Shown here piece after piece: positions 29,213-32,000 of a stretch of DNA of 32,000 bases (its first letter is position 1; each line of letters opens with the position of its first letter). The position numbers were made by a program, and so were the translations under genes. This stretch comes from Pyrodictium occultum. GTDB lineage: Archaea > Thermoproteota > Thermoprotei_A > Sulfolobales > Pyrodictiaceae. The stretch spans positions 600,001 to 632,000 of the forward strand of contig NZ_LNTB01000001.1 in NCBI RefSeq assembly GCF_001462395.1. Reading direction: 5' to 3'. Under the pieces are notes generated by a model. The model was not told where the DNA came from, ran no database searches, and saw only the letters and a list, made by a program, of their open reading frames with translations.

Positions 29213-29493
29213 GCTGTGGAGAGGCCTCTCCAAGCGGCATTAAGGGTTCGCCCGGGGCCCGCGGCCGGGGTTTTCTGGGCTTGGGGCTCGTGCCTACCCG
29301 GGTGCTACGTGGGCGGAGGAGGGTGCCCGGCAGCCTGGGAATAGATTCGGCCGGGGGTCTCCCGGTGAGGCGGCGCCTCTTCCCCGACGCGGCCCTGAGC
29401 CTAGCGCCCCCGGCAGCGGCGCTCCTCACGCAGGCCCAGCCCGTGGTGTCGGCGCAGCGGCTCCGGAGGGACCGGAGGTAGCAGGCCCTGGGG

Positions 29494-30735
29494 CTACCGC
29501 CTACGTGTTTTAGCCGTAGCCTCCGGGTAGAATCCAGGCTCGAGATGCTCCTCCTCCCTAAACCCCTCGCCCAGCCTCACCCAGCCCAGCGTCACCCCCA
29601 GCACCTCCTCCCTCAGGGCCCGCGATGCCTCGGGGACCCGGACCACTAGCCTGCCCCGCTGGGGGCTCAGCTGCTCCACCAGGGCGGGCTCATCCACGCC
29701 GCTCCGGAGGCTGAGGCCCGCCAGAAGCCCCCGTGCCCAGCCAGGCCTCACCCAGGCCCCGGGGCCGGCCCTCCTCTGGGACTCCACCACCGCCAGGGAG
29801 CCGCAGGTGTAGACAATCTGGCCCGCCGCCTCCTGGTATGGGCAGAGGTTGCCCACTAGACGCGTATCGAGGACAAGGCTCCTCCCCCTGGCGAAGAGCG
29901 CCGCGTAGAGTCTCTGGCGGAAGCTCCTCCGGTCTACCCTGCTCCTCTCCCGGAGCAGCCCGGGGCTCGGCGCCCGGAACACCTCGAGGCCCCGGCCCGC
30001 CAGGAGCCTGGATAGCTGCTCGGCCCCCGGCCCCGAGCCCAGCACCACGGCCGCCTCGGCCCCCACGGCCTCGGCTACAGCGGCCTTCTGGAACGCGCCC
30101 CTGCCCTGGATGAACCCGTCGGTGTCGGCGACGAGGCCGCCGCTGCACGCCCTGGCGGCCCGCGCGGCGGCGGAGACCAGGAGAGGCCCCGCCTTCTCGG
30201 CGGAGACGTGGCCCACGAAGAAGGCCCCCGCGGGCTCCAGGTCCTGCAGCACCAGCGCCCGCCCGCTCCAAGGCGCGTACGCCACCATGCCGGGGAGCCC
30301 CAGCTCGTTCTGCCCCACATCAGCCTCCACGACGCACAGCTCCAGCCGGTTCCTCAGCCAGGCCGTCAGCGTCGACTTCCCCGAGTCCGGCGGCCCCGCC
30401 ACCACGAGGCGCCGGAACCCCCGGGAGGCCAGCTCCTCCACGAGCCTGTTCCAGGCCTCCACAGTCTCGAAGCCCTCTCTCACCAGCCTTGCTGTGGCCC
30501 CGGCCCCCGCGTGGACGCAGAGCCTAGAGTCCTCGATAGCGTAGAACGTGAACCCGCGGGTGCCCCTCACCAGCGCCTCCCCGTCAGCCTCCAGCGTGTA
30601 GCCGCTGGCGTACACGCTCCCCCTCTCCACAGCAACCCTCGCCGGCCCCGACACCCAGAGCCCAGAGCCCCTCGCGACATCGAAGCAGCCGGGCAACGCC
30701 GATGCATGCCCCCAGGCGCAGCAGGGTGCCGGCAC
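29494..30735 (-). CDS. Clp1/Grc3-type polynucleotide 5'-hydroxyl kinase
   Basis: Has P-loop VVAGPPDSGKST, then EADVGQNELGLPG and DTDGFIQG motifs in the archaeal Clp1 order. The start is GTG, and the true start may be further downstream. Confidence 0.75.
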   Translation of the reverse strand: MPAPCCAWGHASALPGCFDVARGSGLWVSGPARVAVERGSVYASGYTLEADGEALVRGTRGFTFYAIEDSRLCVHAGAGATARLVREGFETVEAWNRLVEELASRGFRRLVVAGPPDSGKSTLTAWLRNRLELCVVEADVGQNELGLPGMVAYAPWSGRALVLQDLEPAGAFFVGHVSAEKAGPLLVSAAARAARACSGGLVADTDGFIQGRGAFQKAAVAEAVGAEAAVVLGSGPGAEQLSRLLAGRGLEVFRAPSPGLLRERSRVDRRSFRQRLYAALFARGRSLVLDTRLVGNLCPYQEAAGQIVYTCGSLAVVESQRRAGPGAWVRPGWARGLLAGLSLRSGVDEPALVEQLSPQRGRLVVRVPEASRALREEVLGVTLGWVRLGEGFREEEHLEPGFYPEATAKTRRR

Positions 30736-30894
30736 CCTCCAGGAGGGCTAGCAGCTATAAGCGGGCCCAGCCCACACTATTCCCAGGCATAGGCCGCTCT
30801 CCAGGGAGCCCCACACTAGAGGAGAACGACTCACCCCCGGAGGGCGCCGCGCCTCCTCCAGGAGGGAACCCCCGGGCCGGAGGTGGTGCACTTG

Positions 30895-31104
30895 ATGCTC
30901 CAGATAGCCAGGAGGGAGGAGCACCAGGTGGGAAAGTACAGGGTCACCCTGCTCTACGACCAGCAGGACCGCGTGATAGGGGCCCTCGTCGAGGGCCCGA
31001 GGCTCAGCCGCCCCGTCTACATAGCCGTCAACGAGAGGGCGGTGCCGAGGATACCGAAGCAGGTCAAGAAGTTCCTTGCCAAACACGGGTTCCAGCTCAG
31101 CTAG
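30895..31104 (+). CDS. Small basic protein (69 aa), function unknown
   Basis: The ATG at 30895 is preceded by GGAGGTG at 30879-30885 with a 9-nt spacer. Codon usage is reasonable. The track start at 30883 lies inside the Shine-Dalgarno element. Confidence 0.45.
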   Translation: MLQIARREEHQVGKYRVTLLYDQQDRVIGALVEGPRLSRPVYIAVNERAVPRIPKQVKKFLAKHGFQLS

Positions 31105-31741
31105 GTCCCCCGGTGTTTCCCGCCCCTCCCCGCGCCGTAGACCAGCTCCTCCAGGATGCCCAGGCTCCTCTCCTCCACCGGGAAGGCTAGCACCTTCTCC
31201 TTCCCGCCGGCCGGCAGCCCCTCCCCCGCAGCAGCTCCAGCAGCCTATCCAGCCGGTGGCTCGCGCTGCGGGGGCGTAGACGAAGCCCCTGCCTCTCCCC
31301 GGCGCCCAGTGGAGGAGGGATCATCACGTCCCCCGGGCTGGCGGCCGTGAGCCTCCTCCCCACGTAGGAGGCCACGTAGGCGCCGGACTCCAGGTAGTAG
31401 GCCTTAACCCCGGGCCTCTCCAGCACCAGCCGCACCCTCTCCAAGGCCTCCCGCAGCGCCCTCCCGGCCTCCCGGGCGGCGCGTGCGCGCCTCTCGCCGC
31501 TCAGCAGATCTCTGGGCTCCTCGGCAGCAGCCAGCACTATTACGGCATGGACTGTGCATTCCTCGTCCAGGATCCTGTAGCAGGAGTCGAGGGCCTCCAC
31601 AGCCTCCCAGGCCTCCTCGAGGCCCTGGCCGCCTAGTAGCCTGGACACCGTCTCCAGGGCCCCCGGCACCCGGTGCAGCATGGGGCCCAGGCCCCCAGGA
31701 CCCCGAGGGCTGCTATCCAGCCGCAGCGGCTCCCACCACAT
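31101..31741 (-). pseudogene. Hypothetical gene whose coding signal changes frame at a C4/C5 run (about 31218-31227); a frameshift or a homopolymer sequencing error
   Basis: The track ORF 31187-31741 ends in an Arg-rich tail. The neighbouring frame is open from 31244 to a stop at 31101-31103 and encodes protein-like sequence with native codon usage (..GKEKVLAFPVEERSLGILEELVYGAGRGG..). Confidence 0.35.
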
Positions 31742-31769
31742 GCCTCCCTGACCCCTGGCAGCGTGTAGG

Positions 31770-32000
31770 CTAGGAGGCTCGTCGCGGGCCAGCCCGCCTC
31801 CCCGCCCATGCCGAGGGCGACGGGGTTGGCATACACCAGCCTGAGCCTGCCCCGCCGCCTGGGGGCGGCGCGTTGTGGTGGTCGAGCACGGCTAGCGTCC
31901 TGGGCGCGGCCCTCTCCGCGGCCTCCTCGTAGCCAGGGCCGGGGATGCCGTGGTCCAGGACAGCTATGGTGTCGGCGCTGCTCCCCTCTATCCCCCAGGG
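31770..32000 (-). CDS. Partial ORF entering from the right window edge, with a possible DHH-motif phosphoesterase-like segment
   Basis: The minus-strand frame is open from 32000 with native codon usage (..SSADTIAVLDHGIPGPGYEEAAERAAPRTLAVLDHHNAP..). Its last ~25 codons look non-coding. The track does not list it because there is no in-window start. Confidence 0.3.
   Translation of the reverse strand, partial: PWGIEGSSADTIAVLDHGIPGPGYEEAAERAAPRTLAVLDHHNAPPPGGGAGSGWCMPTPSPSAWAGRRAGPRRAS

Noticed and set aside
29234-29300. tRNA-like GGGTTCG motif in the moeA-Clp1 gap.
   Set aside because: No flanking 5-bp T-stem, acceptor stem or anticodon arm could be drawn. No tRNA cloverleaf was found anywhere in the window.

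Overview
High-GC (roughly 65% by eye) archaeal chromosome segment, most likely from a hyperthermophilic crenarchaeon. Archaeal hallmarks are SRP19, diphthine synthase, a GPN-loop GTPase, a Clp1-type kinase and PyrI. TAG stops dominate and GTG/TTG starts are frequent. All product names come from motif recognition by eye; no searches were run.

Gene content, in order:
- A 5'-truncated giant surface protein made of tandem beta-sandwich modules, plus an FtsX/MacB-type ABC permease.
- srp19.
- A tightly overlapping pyrimidine operon on the minus strand (pyrF-pyrE-pyrB-pyrI-pyrK-pyrC), then a divergent cysteine-synthase-like gene and pyrG.
- A sharply delimited low-GC island of about 1.9 kb (about 35-40% GC), carrying gene remnants and one intact membrane-protein gene.
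- Four consecutive DNA-binding regulators: Lrp/AsnC, a small wHTH protein, Fur and an HTH-CBS protein.
- An RHH / small-membrane-protein / NfeD-protease string with no stomatin gene beside it.
- A GPN-loop GTPase, a ThiR-like HTH-ThiN protein and an M20 hydrolase.
- Diphthine synthase, a DUF1464-like ASKHA protein, beta-RFAP synthase, a stand-alone hexulose-phosphate synthase and MoeA (a pterin/C1-flavoured neighbourhood).
- Clp1 kinase.
- A right-hand end where coding signal hops between reading frames.

No rRNA, tRNA, CRISPR array, integrase or transposase was recognised. Most antisense or alternate-frame ORFs in the track are high-GC artefacts. The most unusual object is the low-GC island between pyrG and the Lrp gene. 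I did not find a convincing self-contained novel defence-type system.
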